Notes: generated by a model from the sequence alone, not told the origin. Counted from the first letter of the stretch, positions 10,112-20,774 are shown. The stretch: 64,000 nt of DNA from Sphingomonadaceae bacterium (GCA_947453945.1 CANGJB010000007.1:4932-68931); one strand, 5' to 3'. Made by a program: numbers and translations.

Positions 10112-10917
10112 TCGCCGTTTGTGCCTGATGCCTCACCGGCAAGCTGTCTGTAGATAGCGGCAAGCATGGCAACAAAATAGGTGTAGCCTATGGCCAACAG
10201 TACGCCAGCCACGCCCTCGCCCACCAACCGTTGCGGTTCGCCCTTGAAGATGAGGACGAGCACAACCCCGACAAACATCATGACCAAACCGTAGACCACC
10301 AGAAACACGAAACCAGCCAAGCCGATAAACAACAGGATCCGGCCTGCATTGCCACGGGTTATCCGGAAGCTCTCGCGGATTGCGGTGACCGGATTGCGCT
10401 TAGCCTGCCCTGCAACAACGGGGCCGACAAGCATGGTGCGCATGATGGGATAGAGCAGGATGCCAAGGGCAAGGGAAACCGCAATGCGATCCGGCAGCAC
10501 AAGCGCGAGCGCGCTGGCCAGCGCCATCGAGAGAGGCACGATGCCGAGGGCGATCAGGATCTGCGCGGCGAAATAGGACGGCAACGCGCGCAGGCTTTGG
10601 CGGATGGACTGTGAAACCGTCGGGCGCGTCGTATCCAGCAGGGCGGCGAGCATCGTCAGCATACCGGCCATTGGAAAAAGCGAGAGAGCGAGGAGCACGG
10701 GCAACGAACTGGCGTAGTAGCCCTGCATGACCTCAAGGATCTGTGCCTCGGTCATGCCGGAAGTCATGGCCGGTGATGGCGCAAACACCGCGCCGGCAAG
10801 CCCGGGCAGCACGAAGAACACTCCGGCGATGGCCATCAGCAGGTCGCGATTGGCGGCAACCATGCGATTGGCGCTGGCCCAGGCTGCACTGCTGTCCAAT
10901 ATTGTCACGGCAGTCAT
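10108..10917 (-). CDS. multi-pass membrane protein of unknown function
   Basis: About 6 hydrophobic helices, AIRESFRITRGN motif; stop overlaps MFS start. Confidence 0.75.
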   Translation of the reverse strand: MTAVTILDSSAAWASANRMVAANRDLLMAIAGVFFVLPGLAGAVFAPSPAMTSGMTEAQILEVMQGYYASSLPVLLALSLFPMAGMLTMLAALLDTTRPTVSQSIRQSLRALPSYFAAQILIALGIVPLSMALASALALVLPDRIAVSLALGILLYPIMRTMLVGPVVAGQAKRNPVTAIRESFRITRGNAGRILLFIGLAGFVFLVVYGLVMMFVGVVLVLIFKGEPQRLVGEGVAGVLLAIGYTYFVAMLAAIYRQLAGEASGTNGE

Positions 10918-11036
10918 GTCCCTTTCCGGCGAAGCCCTAGCAGGACCGAACTGGAAGCGCACCCCCCTTCAAATTGGCCGGTTCGGAGGATGGTTGGACT
11001 TGCCAGCCGGCCAGGGCGAGGCCATGCGCATTGTCC

Positions 11037-11720
11037 ATGCAGACCCCGCCGCACATCGAGATCAGGCAGGCCCAGAACCTGGTGCCCTATCGGGAAGCCC
11101 TGGGCGAAATGACGGCCCGCAATGCCGCAGTCGCCGCGGGTACGGCAGGCGAACTCGTCTGGCTGCTTGAGCATCCGCCCGTCTACACCGCAGGGACCAG
11201 CGCCGCGGCAAGCGAACTGCTCGATGCCCGCTTCGATGTGGTCGAAGCGGGGCGGGGCGGGCGCTATACCTATCATGGCCCGGGCCAGAGGGTCGGCTAT
11301 CTGGTTCTGGACCTGAGCCGCCGAGCGCGTGACGTTCGGGGCTTTGTTCATGCGGTCGAAGGCTGGGTTATCGACACGCTGGGAGATTTCGGCGTGGAAG
11401 CTTGGCGCGCGGAGGGCCGCGTGGGAATCTGGACGAAGGGTGCAGATGGTGCCGAAGCGAAGATCGGGGCAATCGGAATCCGCATCCGCCGATGGGTCAC
11501 AATGCACGGATTTTCCGTCAATCTCGCGCCGGATCTGGCTCATTTCGGCGGAATCGTGCCATGCGGCATTGGGGACTACGGCGTTACCAGCCTCGCCGCC
11601 CTTGGCATTTCAGTTGCACCGGAGGAGTGGGATCGGGCATTGCTCGCGCGGACCGAAGCCTTCCTCGCCGGCCTTGAACCGGGGATCACGGATGGCCGGG
11701 AAGCCGAGGATTTGCGATGA
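11037..11720 (+). CDS. lipB: lipoyl(octanoyl) transferase
   Basis: [41 protein letters not shown]. Confidence 0.97.
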   Translation: MQTPPHIEIRQAQNLVPYREALGEMTARNAAVAAGTAGELVWLLEHPPVYTAGTSAAASELLDARFDVVEAGRGGRYTYHGPGQRVGYLVLDLSRRARDVRGFVHAVEGWVIDTLGDFGVEAWRAEGRVGIWTKGADGAEAKIGAIGIRIRRWVTMHGFSVNLAPDLAHFGGIVPCGIGDYGVTSLAALGISVAPEEWDRALLARTEAFLAGLEPGITDGREAEDLR

Positions 11721-12058
11721 CCCGTTGCCTGCCATTTCCCGCCGTCGCTCTTGTGCTCGCGCCGCTGTTGCTGCTCGGCAGCTGCGGGAAGTCGTCCGCC
11801 CCGCAAGCCGCTTCGACTGCAAGCGGCGAGATTCTGCAAGGCTCGGTCAGCGATGCGATGCTGAATACCGATCGCTCGCAAGCCGAAGCGCCGCTGGCGC
11901 CGGTTTCGCACAGTTTGACAAGCAAAACCGCGGCGGATCCGGGCGATGGTGCATCGGAGGCGGCCACCGGTGCAGACAGTATTGCCGCACCCGCTCAGGC
12001 AGATGATTCGACGCCGCCATCAAAGCCTGCGGGAACCGCAAAGACGGCAACGCCCTGA
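11717..12058 (+). CDS. small lipoprotein of unknown function
   Basis: Lipobox LLLLGSC; [13 protein letters not shown] segment; ATGA overlap with lipB. Confidence 0.75.
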   Translation: MTRCLPFPAVALVLAPLLLLGSCGKSSAPQAASTASGEILQGSVSDAMLNTDRSQAEAPLAPVSHSLTSKTAADPGDGASEAATGADSIAAPAQADDSTPPSKPAGTAKTATP

Positions 12059-12079
12059 GATCGGTCCCGCTGCGTCACG

Positions 12080-12964
12080 CTAGTCGAGGCCGAGCAGTGC
12101 CCTGGCTTGCCGGAGATGCGGTTGATCGAGCATCCGTCCATCCAGTTGCAGCGCTCCGACCCCGGGGTTTGACGCAAAGGCATCGACGATCGCTCTGGCA
12201 TGAGAGAGCTCTTCCTCGCTTGGCGTAAAGGCCGCGTTGATCAGCGGAACCTGCGAGGGATGGATCGCTAGCATGCCTGCGAAGCCGTCAGCCCGGGCGG
12301 CCTCCGCGGCCCGCCGCGTGCCTTCCGCATCGCGAAAATCGGCATAGAGCGTGTCAATTGCCCAGACGCCGCGTGCGTGCGCCACCAACAGGGTCTGTGC
12401 CCGCACGAAACGGAACGCGTCAGTCCACTGGCCTTCGGCATCACGCTTGCGAGCAGCGCCGAGTTCAGCGGAAAGATCCTCAGCACCCCAAGTAAGCCCA
12501 GCCAGCCGCGGCATTGAGGCATCCATGTAGGCGGTGATGGTGAGTGCGGCACGCGGTGTCTCGCTCACGAGGGGGAGCAGCCGGGTCTGGCCATTGGGTA
12601 TGCCATGGCGCTGCTCGAGCTCGTAGATTTCCGCCGCAACCTGGCGGATCTGCTCGGGCCCCTCCGCCTTCGGCAGAACGATACCTTCAGGCGCGCCCGC
12701 CATGACGGCGCCAAGATCCTCGCGCCACATGCCTGTATCGACGGCATTGATTCGCACCCATCGCGCCTGCTTGCGCATGGTGATCTGGCGCTTGTGGGCC
12801 TCCAGCCAATCGCGCGTCAGGCCTCGCGCGGCGGGTTTGGCGGAGAGCGCCACTGCGTCCTCGAGGTCTACGATCAGCGCGTGGGCGCCGGTCTCTGGCG
12901 TTTTAAGCAGCTTCTTCTCACTGTCACCGGGTACAAAGAGCCAGGATCTCGGAATCGAGCGCAT
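12080..12964 (-). CDS. CoA ester lyase (CitE/malyl-CoA lyase family)
   Basis: RSWLFVPGD, DLEDAV, WVRIN, WGAEDL, AIHPSQ, LDGRMLDQPH. Confidence 0.93.
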   Translation of the reverse strand: MRSIPRSWLFVPGDSEKKLLKTPETGAHALIVDLEDAVALSAKPAARGLTRDWLEAHKRQITMRKQARWVRINAVDTGMWREDLGAVMAGAPEGIVLPKAEGPEQIRQVAAEIYELEQRHGIPNGQTRLLPLVSETPRAALTITAYMDASMPRLAGLTWGAEDLSAELGAARKRDAEGQWTDAFRFVRAQTLLVAHARGVWAIDTLYADFRDAEGTRRAAEAARADGFAGMLAIHPSQVPLINAAFTPSEEELSHARAIVDAFASNPGVGALQLDGRMLDQPHLRQARALLGLD

Positions 12965-13022
12965 GTCTTGCTCCTATGCCGGCGCCAGAGCGGCCGCGGG
13001 ATCAAACCTTGGTGTGGACCGG

Positions 13023-14111
13023 TTACTCGGCGAGAGTCGGGTAGTCGATGTAGCCCGCTTCACCCGGAAAGTACCATGTTTGCGGCACGCCGACATTGGG
13101 GGCAAATTCGGCGCCGACACGGATTCGTTCCACAAGATCGGGATTTGAGATGTAAGGCCGGCCAAAGCTGATGGCATCCGCTCGGCCCGAAGCGACATCG
13201 GCCGCAGCGCCTTCGGGCGTATAGTCGCTGTTGAGGACCAGCGGACCAGAATAGTGTGCGCGGAACACGTGGTCCTGCGGCGGCACGGTTGTCGCGCCGA
13301 ACGTGCCTTCCGGACCTGGCTGGCGAAGTTCGATGAAGGAAACCTTCAGCGCTTCCAGCGCCTTGGCCGCTTCGGCATAGAGCGTGGCGGGATCGCTATC
13401 GTCAACGCCCTGACTTTCGCCATTGGGCGAGAGGCGGATCGAAACACGGTCTGCGCCCCATATTGCCACCAGGCGCTCCATGACTTCACGCATCAGCCGC
13501 ACGCGATTGGCCGGGCTGCCGCCGTAGTCGTCATCGCGCAGGTTCGAGGAATTTCGCAGGAACTGGTCAATCAGGTAGCCATTGGCACCGTGCAGTTGAA
13601 CGCCGTCAAAACCGGCGCGCTTCGCATTTTCAGCGGCGTGCCCGTAGTCATCGACCAGCCGCGGCATCTCATCGAGGCGAAGCGGCCGAGCAACCACCAT
13701 CTCCTTGCGGCCTTCCGGTGTATGCGCTTCACCCGGTGCGCGGGTAGCAGACGCGGAAACCGGCAGCTCGCCGCCAAGAAAATAAGGATGGACGATCCGT
13801 CCCATGTGCCAAAGCTGCAGGATAATCCGTCCCCCGGCATCGTGCACGGCTTCGGTTACCGGCTTCCACGCTTCAACCTGTTCGTCGCTCCAGATCCCTG
13901 GCGCACTCGGCCATCCAGAACCTTCGCGGCTGATGCCGGTGGCCTCGCTGATGATGAGTCCTGCGCTGGCGCGCTGGCGATAGTATGTCTGCATGATTTC
14001 AGTCGGAACCGCCTGCGGCGAGGCGCGACCCCGCGTCAGCGGTGCCATGAGAATGCGGTTCGGCGCGGCAATCGCACCGAGCTGGAGCGGCTTGAAAAGC
14101 GGTTCGTGCAT
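13023..14111 (-). CDS. old yellow enzyme family alkene reductase (NemA/XenB-like)
   Basis: MAPLTRGRA, LQLWHMGR, GFDGVQLHGANGYLIDQF, FGRPYISNPDL. Confidence 0.95.
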   Translation of the reverse strand: MHEPLFKPLQLGAIAAPNRILMAPLTRGRASPQAVPTEIMQTYYRQRASAGLIISEATGISREGSGWPSAPGIWSDEQVEAWKPVTEAVHDAGGRIILQLWHMGRIVHPYFLGGELPVSASATRAPGEAHTPEGRKEMVVARPLRLDEMPRLVDDYGHAAENAKRAGFDGVQLHGANGYLIDQFLRNSSNLRDDDYGGSPANRVRLMREVMERLVAIWGADRVSIRLSPNGESQGVDDSDPATLYAEAAKALEALKVSFIELRQPGPEGTFGATTVPPQDHVFRAHYSGPLVLNSDYTPEGAAADVASGRADAISFGRPYISNPDLVERIRVGAEFAPNVGVPQTWYFPGEAGYIDYPTLAE

Positions 14112-14362
14112 GGACTTGAGCTTTCTTCAAAGTTGGCATGACATAGTGGGCTGGCGGATTGCCAAGGCCACGACAGACCAAAGCAGTAGGGGCTTGGGAA
14201 AGTCGGCCCGGCGCTCTATGGCCAGCGTCGTGGGAGGATCTTGGCCAATCGGCCCATGATCAAACCAGACGACTTGACCCTGTCGCGCCTGACAGAGTTT
14301 CCTTTTGCAACCTAGCTAGGATGCCGGTGTCCGCATGACAAGCGCGAGTTGACCAGCGGACA

Positions 14363-15262
14363 ATGACCAACATCGACGACCAACGCGAAGTCCCGCGTGC
14401 TGATCCTTGGCATTTCGCCGCGCTCCTTGGAGGGAACTTCGCCCTCGCACTGGGTCCATGGTTCGTGCGTCTGGCCGATTCCGGCCCGGTTTCAGCGGGC
14501 TTCTGGCGTCTGTTCCTGCCGCTGCCCATTCTGGCTGTCCTGGCTATTCGCCAGCGTCAGCCGGCAAACCGTGTTACCCCGGCACTGGGGGCCTGGCTTC
14601 TCGTGGCTCTTGCAGGGGTCCTGTTCGCGCTCGATCTTGCCAGCTGGCATATCGGCATCGCCTCCACGCGCCTCGGCAATGCCTCGCTCTTTGGGAATTC
14701 CGGTAGCCTCATCCTGATGGTCTGGGGCCTCATCGCCGCGCGCCGCCTGCCCCGCCCCCTCGAGCTTGGGGCCATTGCCGCGGCCATTGCTGGGGCGGCC
14801 ATCCTTCTCGGCCGATCGCTCGAGATCGACCATGTCACGCTGATCGGAGATTTGTTCTGCATTCTCGCAGGCGTCTTCTACTTCTTCTATATCCTTCTGA
14901 TTCAAGGCGCGCGTGGCCAATTCGAAAGCTGGGGGCTGCTTTTCACATCCACCCTAGCCAGCGTGCCTGTCATGTTGGGCATCGCAATCTGGCTGGGTGA
15001 ACCGGTCTGGCCTCACGTATGGTGGCCGCTGATCGCACTCGCGCTGTGCAGCCAGGTCGTCGGGCAGGGCCTGATCGTTTTTGCACTGCGCCACTTTTCA
15101 GCGCTGATTGTCGGCGTTGTGCTACTGACCCAGCCCGCAGTCTCGATTCTGGTTGGCTGGCTGGCGTTTGGCGAAACGATGGGGGCGCTCGACGCACTCG
15201 GCATGGGACTAATCGCCGCAGCCCTCCTGCTGGGCAGACTGAGCGAGAACGCCGCGCGTTGA
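14363..15262 (+). CDS. DMT/EamA family transporter
   Basis: 10 TM helices with two EamA repeats; SAGFWRL, LLTQP...FGE. Confidence 0.9.
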   Translation: MTNIDDQREVPRADPWHFAALLGGNFALALGPWFVRLADSGPVSAGFWRLFLPLPILAVLAIRQRQPANRVTPALGAWLLVALAGVLFALDLASWHIGIASTRLGNASLFGNSGSLILMVWGLIAARRLPRPLELGAIAAAIAGAAILLGRSLEIDHVTLIGDLFCILAGVFYFFYILLIQGARGQFESWGLLFTSTLASVPVMLGIAIWLGEPVWPHVWWPLIALALCSQVVGQGLIVFALRHFSALIVGVVLLTQPAVSILVGWLAFGETMGALDALGMGLIAAALLLGRLSENAAR

Positions 15263-15440
15263 AACGGCTCAAATTCCTGATCTGTCAGGGCTTCTGTATG
15301 ATGAGGAAGGCGGCGGCCTGCCGTCACTTTGCCCCCCCTTGCATGACGCTGCGGAAATATCCTTGCAATCTCGTCCTTTTGTGTGGAGTGAGGCAGTTTA
15401 GTTACAATAGCATTCCGTTTTTCCAAGGGGATCGGGTTAA

Positions 15441-16541
15441 ATGAAGCCAATCAAGGTCGCAGTGATCGGCGTGGGAAACTGCGCAAGCTCGCTGGTGCAG
15501 GGTGTAGAGTTCTATCGCAACACCAACTCTTCCGCGGGCCTGATCCATGAACGGATTGGCGGCTATGGCGCCAGTGACGTCGAGTTTGTGATGGGCGTTG
15601 ACGTCGACGCGCGCAAGGTCGGCAAGGATATCGCCGAGGCCATCTTCGCCGCGCCGAATTGCACGGCCGTGTTCCAGGAAGACGTTCCCGCCACGGGCAC
15701 GAAGGTCATCATGGGCAAGATCCTCGACGGCGTTGCCGATCACATGACCGGTATGGGCGAGCGGGGCTTCATTCTTGCCGACGCGCCCGAAGCGACCCAC
15801 GAATCGATCGTTGCGGCCCTTCGCGAGTCCGGCGCCGAAGTCCTGGTCAATTTCCTGCCGGTCGGTTCAGAGACTGCGACCGAATTCTATATGGAATGTG
15901 CGCTGGAAGCAGGTGTCAGCGTCGTCAACTGCATGCCGGTGTTCATCGCCAGCCGCCCCGAATGGGAAGCCAAGTTCCGCGCCAAGCGGATCCCGATCGT
16001 TGGCGATGATATCAAGGCGCAGGTCGGTGCAACGATCGTGCATCGCGTGCTTTCCAGCCTGTTCGGCGCGCGCGGCGTGACGGTCGAGAAGACCTATCAG
16101 CTGAACACTGGCGGCAACACCGACTTCATGAACATGCTCGATCGTCAGCGGCTCGGCTCCAAGAAGGAATCGAAGACCGAGGCAGTCCAAGCCATGCTCG
16201 CCCAGCGCCTTGCCGACGAGAACATCCACGTTGGCCCCTCGGACTATGTGCCGTGGCAGAAGGACAACAAGCTGTGCTTCCTTCGCCTGGAAGCCACGCA
16301 GTGGGGCAATGTCCCGATGAACCTCGAACTGCGCCTCTCGGTGGAGGACAGCCCGAATTCAGCCGCTTGCGTGATGGACGCGATCCGCTGCTGCAAGGTC
16401 GCGCTGGAGCGCGGCGAGGGCGGGGCACTGATCGGACCTTCGGCGTACTTCTGCAAGCACCCGCCGCAGCAGTTCAATGATGACGTCGCAGCCCAGCTGG
16501 TCGACGAATACATTGCGGAAACCGCGCTGGCCGCTGAATAA
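15441..16541 (+). CDS. ino1: myo-inositol-1(3)-phosphate synthase
   Basis: GVGNCASSLVQG, GDDIKAQVGATIVHR, QLNTGGNTDFMNM, SKKESKT, HVGPSDYVPW, EDSPNSA. Confidence 0.97.
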   Translation: MKPIKVAVIGVGNCASSLVQGVEFYRNTNSSAGLIHERIGGYGASDVEFVMGVDVDARKVGKDIAEAIFAAPNCTAVFQEDVPATGTKVIMGKILDGVADHMTGMGERGFILADAPEATHESIVAALRESGAEVLVNFLPVGSETATEFYMECALEAGVSVVNCMPVFIASRPEWEAKFRAKRIPIVGDDIKAQVGATIVHRVLSSLFGARGVTVEKTYQLNTGGNTDFMNMLDRQRLGSKKESKTEAVQAMLAQRLADENIHVGPSDYVPWQKDNKLCFLRLEATQWGNVPMNLELRLSVEDSPNSAACVMDAIRCCKVALERGEGGALIGPSAYFCKHPPQQFNDDVAAQLVDEYIAETALAAE

Positions 16542-16564
16542 GCACCTAGCCCAGAATAAGCTGG

Positions 16565-16596
16565 CGGCGCCGGTCCCCTACACGGGATCGGCGCCG
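16565..16596 (+). other. intercistronic hairpin between ino1 and the cytidylyltransferase gene
   Basis: CGGCGCCGGTCCC-CTACAC-GGGATCGGCGCCG, 13-bp stem with one G-U pair, no U tract. Confidence 0.6.
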
Positions 16597-16640
16597 TCCG
16601 CGTTAAGGGCCCAGATACGCCCGGAGAGAGGACCGCACCG

Positions 16641-17381
16641 ATGGATGCCGTGATCATCGCTGCCGGCTATGGCAGCAGGCTGGCCGAGCTTTCGCCCTCA
16701 AAGCCGCTGACACCGGTTTGCGGCGTTCCCTTGATCGAGATCGGCATTCGCCAGGCTGCGGCAGCCGGAGTGACGCGAGTGGTAGTGGTGACCGGCCACC
16801 GGGCGGACGATGTCGAAGGTTTTCTCGCCGAACTCGCACAACGCGTGGATGTTGTGATCGAGCCGGTCCGTGTGGCAGACTGGAGCAAACCAAACGGCTA
16901 TTCAGTGATGGCCGGCGCAGCGCTCTGCAAAAACGAGTATCTGCTCATGATGGCAGATCACATGTTCGACAGCGCCATCCTAGCCGACCTGCTCGCAGTC
17001 GGTGACGAGAGCCGCGATGTCACGCTGGCGATTGATCGGCACACCGACAATCCCCTGGTTGATCCGGACGACGCAACCTGGGTCAAGACAGACACGAGCG
17101 GCTTCATCACTGCAATCGGCAAGACAATTCCGGCCTGGGACGCTGTTGATTGCGGAGCCTTTCTCGCCACGCCGCGCCTCGCCGAAGCCATTGGCATGGC
17201 CATCGCGGCAGGCAAATCGGGCAGCCTATCTGATGGCATGCAGTGGTTGGCTGACCGCGGCCGGGCTGCAGCCCACGAAATCGGCGGAGCATGGTGGATG
17301 GATGTGGACGATCCGCGGGCACATGCCTTGGCGGAAGATCTCGCACCGCGCTATCTTGCAGCGGCGTTTGCGCGGGCCTGA
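16641..17381 (+). CDS. nucleotidyltransferase, CTP:inositol-1-phosphate cytidylyltransferase (IPCT)-like
   Basis: AAGYGSRL...SKPL, NGYSV, MADHMFD, DDATWVK, IGKTI..WDAVDCGAF, WMDVDD match the IPCT/LicC-type pattern; directly follows ino1. Confidence 0.88.
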   Translation: MDAVIIAAGYGSRLAELSPSKPLTPVCGVPLIEIGIRQAAAAGVTRVVVVTGHRADDVEGFLAELAQRVDVVIEPVRVADWSKPNGYSVMAGAALCKNEYLLMMADHMFDSAILADLLAVGDESRDVTLAIDRHTDNPLVDPDDATWVKTDTSGFITAIGKTIPAWDAVDCGAFLATPRLAEAIGMAIAAGKSGSLSDGMQWLADRGRAAAHEIGGAWWMDVDDPRAHALAEDLAPRYLAAAFARA

Positions 17382-17390
17382 ACGGCCATG

Positions 17391-17882
17391 TCAGAACTTC
17401 TTGAGATTGATCGAGATGGCCTGGTTTGCGCGCTCCACCTTGACGAGGACCGAGCGTAGCGAAGGTGGGCCGAACAGAATTGTTGGGTTGTTCGAAAAAC
17501 CTACGGCTTCGCTAGGAATGCCGAAGAGCCCGCCCCGGTTGATCGTTCCGGACGAATCCTCATCGTGGTAAATCGCGATAGCATAAGTCCCCGGATGCGG
17601 CACAAACAGGCAGAAGCGAGTCTGGCCTGCTGATGCCGCGGCACTTGCCACATACAGCGACCCGTTCTTGACCAGAAACCGTTTTGCCTCATTGGGGTAG
17701 AGCGTGGCGGTGATCAGACCCCGGCTGTTGCGCACACGATCAACGGTTATGTTGATCCATGTGTCGCTGGCTGGCCCGATACAGGCCGGCGCCGCCTGCG
17801 CCGCACTCGCAAACAGTCCATCTGGAAGCGTTAGCAGTCCCAGCACAAGAGCCAGAGCACGGCGCCGTTTCGGCAGGATCAT
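17391..17882 (-). CDS. DUF2141 domain exported protein
   Basis: Signal peptide; PGTYAIAIYHDED, GIPSEAVGFSNNP. Confidence 0.88.
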   Translation of the reverse strand: MILPKRRRALALVLGLLTLPDGLFASAAQAAPACIGPASDTWINITVDRVRNSRGLITATLYPNEAKRFLVKNGSLYVASAAASAGQTRFCLFVPHPGTYAIAIYHDEDSSGTINRGGLFGIPSEAVGFSNNPTILFGPPSLRSVLVKVERANQAISINLKKF

Positions 17883-18184
17883 CGTATTCTTCCCGAAATC
17901 GGCAGCCTTTGGATTGGGCCACCTCGTCATCGCGGGAGATAGTCGGGCTTAGCCCCATTCCGCAAGGCCAACCTTGCGATCGCGTCTTCGGGCACTCAAC
18001 CGAAATGCAGTAACCAGCTTTGCGCCGAAACGGGCGCAAACAGGGACATTGCGTGTGGAAAAGGGAGGCATCCAAGCTTGTTCCGACGATTCGCCACAGG
18101 TAATCGCAAAGCAAGAATAGATGGTTGCCGCCGTGCGCATCATGCGCCCACCGCCGCCTGAACCCAGTTTGCGAGATTTTCGTG

Positions 18185-18847
18185 ATGGCTGCGCCGCTAA
18201 TTGCCCCCTCAATTCTTTCAGCGGATTTTGCTCGGCTGGGTGAGGATGTGCGTGCCATCGACGCCGCGGGTGCAGACTGGATCCATATCGACGTCATGGA
18301 TGGCCACTTTGTGCCGAACCTGACCATCGGACCGGCCGTGGTCAAGGCGCTCAGGCCGCACAGCGCCAAGCCGTTTGACGTGCACCTGATGATTTCGCCG
18401 GTCGATTCCTATCTTGAAGCGTTCGCGGCGGCGGGCGCTGATATCATAACCGTGCACCCTGAAGCAGGGCCCCACATCCATCGCACTGTCCAGGCGATTC
18501 ACGGGCTTGGCAAGAAGGCGGGAATCGCGCTCAATCCTGCCACGCCGGCCAAAATGCTCGACTATCTCATCGACGATCTTGATCTCGTTCTGGTGATGAG
18601 CGTCAATCCGGGGTTCGGTGGCCAGAGCTTCATTGCAAGCCAGCTCCGCAAGATCGAGGCAGTGCGCAAGATGATCGACAAGACCGGACGCGCCATCCAT
18701 CTTGAGGTCGATGGTGGAATTGATGCCGCAACCGCCCGGCAATGCAGCGATGCGGGTGCAGACGTTCTGGTAGCCGGAACCGCATCGTTCAAAGGTGGTG
18801 CCGATTGCTACGCCGCGAATATCGCAGCGCTCAAAGGCGCTGACTGA
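18185..18847 (+). CDS. rpe: ribulose-phosphate 3-epimerase
   Basis: [41 protein letters not shown]. Confidence 0.98.
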   Translation: MAAPLIAPSILSADFARLGEDVRAIDAAGADWIHIDVMDGHFVPNLTIGPAVVKALRPHSAKPFDVHLMISPVDSYLEAFAAAGADIITVHPEAGPHIHRTVQAIHGLGKKAGIALNPATPAKMLDYLIDDLDLVLVMSVNPGFGGQSFIASQLRKIEAVRKMIDKTGRAIHLEVDGGIDAATARQCSDAGADVLVAGTASFKGGADCYAANIAALKGAD

Positions 18848-18851
18848 CACG

Positions 18852-20774
18852 ATGGCCCGCCTCCTCCCCGGAACCCGAGAGGCCCCGGACGAGGGCGCGG
18901 CCCTGGGGCCGGTGGTCGGCTCTGAGGCTCATCTTCAAAAGCAGCGTCGAGCACTTCCCCTTGGCCCTAAGCCGGAACAACTCGTCGTTGCTGCAGTCGC
19001 GGACCCTTCCAGTGCGGTTTCAGAAACGCCTGCAACCGGCGCGGCTGACGAAGATATTGCGCCGATCGAGCCCGGTCGCGCCCTTGCGCTTGCCGATTTT
19101 TCGCCGCCGCAGGTCAGCGCCAGCGAACGTTTGATCCGCCTTGCCTACGGGCTTGGCATCCCACCCTCGGCGTTAAACCCTTTCCGCAAGCGGATCAGGC
19201 CGCGCCTTACGGCGACGGTCGCAAGCCCCCTAGATGGCGATCCGGCTTCAGGCACGGCTCTTCGGGCGGGACACTTCCTGCTGCATGGCGTCAAATTGCC
19301 GATTGCTGATACAGAGTTCTCTGGCCCGCGCCTTTCTCCGCCGTTCGAACGGCTGGTGCACGGTTTCGGCTGGCTCGGCGATTTGGCCAGTTGCACGGCC
19401 CGGCCCCAAGGCGCACCGGTCGCTGAGCGCATCTTTGCCGCGTGGTATGCCGCCAACACCCGCCCCGGGTCAGGCCCGGCTTGGGCTGTCGGCAATACTG
19501 GCCATCGCCTGCTGTCCTGGCTGATCCACGCACCGTTGCTGCTTTCAAGCCAGGACCGCAAGCTGCGGGCCCGAATTCTAACGACATTCGAGGACACGGC
19601 GCGCTGGCTGGACAGACACATTGGCCGCGCTGAGGATGCACTGGCCGAAGTTGCAGGATGGACGGCCATCACGGCTGCCGGATTGCTACTGGCGGATGGA
19701 CGCGCGCGCCGCCTCTATGGTGAGGGCGGACTGATCCGTGCCCTGGGTGATCTCGTCAGCGACGACGGAGGGGTGCTCTCGCGCAGCCCACTTGCACAGA
19801 TCGAGGCGATCGAACTACTGATCGAACTGCGCGCCTGCTACGCAGCGGTGCGCAGCGCACCGCCGCCGCAACTCGATACGATCCTCGAACTACTTGTTCC
19901 CCCCCTACTGACCCTGCTGCACGGCGATGGCGGGCTCGGATCCTGGCAAGGTTCGGGCGCGATCTCGCCGGAACGGATCGCAACACTTATCAAGGCCAGC
20001 GGTGTGCGCACGCGGCCGCTGCGCGATGCCCGGCACTGGGGCTATCAGCGGGTGAGCGCAGGCAAGGCCGTGCTGCAATTCGATGCGGCGCCGCCGCCGT
20101 TGGCACGCCATGCCCGCGATGGATGCGCCTCCACGCTCGCCTTGGAGTTCAGCCACGGGTTCGAGCGGATTTTCGTGAATTGCGGCGGCGCGGCTTTTGC
20201 CGGCGGGCTCATTCCTCTGCGCCTCGCACAAGGGCTGCGCGCGACCGCAGCGCATTCGACCTTGGCAATTGACGATTTCAACTCCACGGCCGTTTTGATC
20301 AACGGCAAACTCGGAACGGGCGTTTCCGAAGTCGAAGTTGACCGACGCATTCTGAGCAGCGACGGCGCCGGTGCCACACGGATCGAGGCGAGCCACAATG
20401 GCTATGTCGCACGATACGGACTTACCCACCGCCGGATCCTGATCCTGCGCGACGATGGCAGCGAACTGCGCGGCGAGGATCTTCTGGTGCCAGCTGGCCG
20501 GCGCGGCAAACGCGGGATGATCGGGGTTGCCTTGCGCTTTCACCTCGGCCCCCATATCGAGCTGGCGCAAGGACAGGACGGCTTAGGCGTAACACTGGCC
20601 CTGCCAGATGGCAGCCTTTGGCAGTTCCGTTCGGGCCGCGATCCTGTCACGCTCGAGGAGAGTCTGTGGGCGGACGGGTCCGGCCGCCCACTGGCGACGC
20701 GCCAGCTGGTCATTTCGGCCAAGATCCCCCGCAGCGGCGAGTCCTTCTCGTGGCTGCTCAAGAAGATGCGCTAG
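18852..20774 (+). CDS. heparinase II/III family protein
   Basis: [40 protein letters not shown]; usual alphaproteobacterial position before purH. Confidence 0.85.
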   Translation: MARLLPGTREAPDEGAALGPVVGSEAHLQKQRRALPLGPKPEQLVVAAVADPSSAVSETPATGAADEDIAPIEPGRALALADFSPPQVSASERLIRLAYGLGIPPSALNPFRKRIRPRLTATVASPLDGDPASGTALRAGHFLLHGVKLPIADTEFSGPRLSPPFERLVHGFGWLGDLASCTARPQGAPVAERIFAAWYAANTRPGSGPAWAVGNTGHRLLSWLIHAPLLLSSQDRKLRARILTTFEDTARWLDRHIGRAEDALAEVAGWTAITAAGLLLADGRARRLYGEGGLIRALGDLVSDDGGVLSRSPLAQIEAIELLIELRACYAAVRSAPPPQLDTILELLVPPLLTLLHGDGGLGSWQGSGAISPERIATLIKASGVRTRPLRDARHWGYQRVSAGKAVLQFDAAPPPLARHARDGCASTLALEFSHGFERIFVNCGGAAFAGGLIPLRLAQGLRATAAHSTLAIDDFNSTAVLINGKLGTGVSEVEVDRRILSSDGAGATRIEASHNGYVARYGLTHRRILILRDDGSELRGEDLLVPAGRRGKRGMIGVALRFHLGPHIELAQGQDGLGVTLALPDGSLWQFRSGRDPVTLEESLWADGSGRPLATRQLVISAKIPRSGESFSWLLKKMR

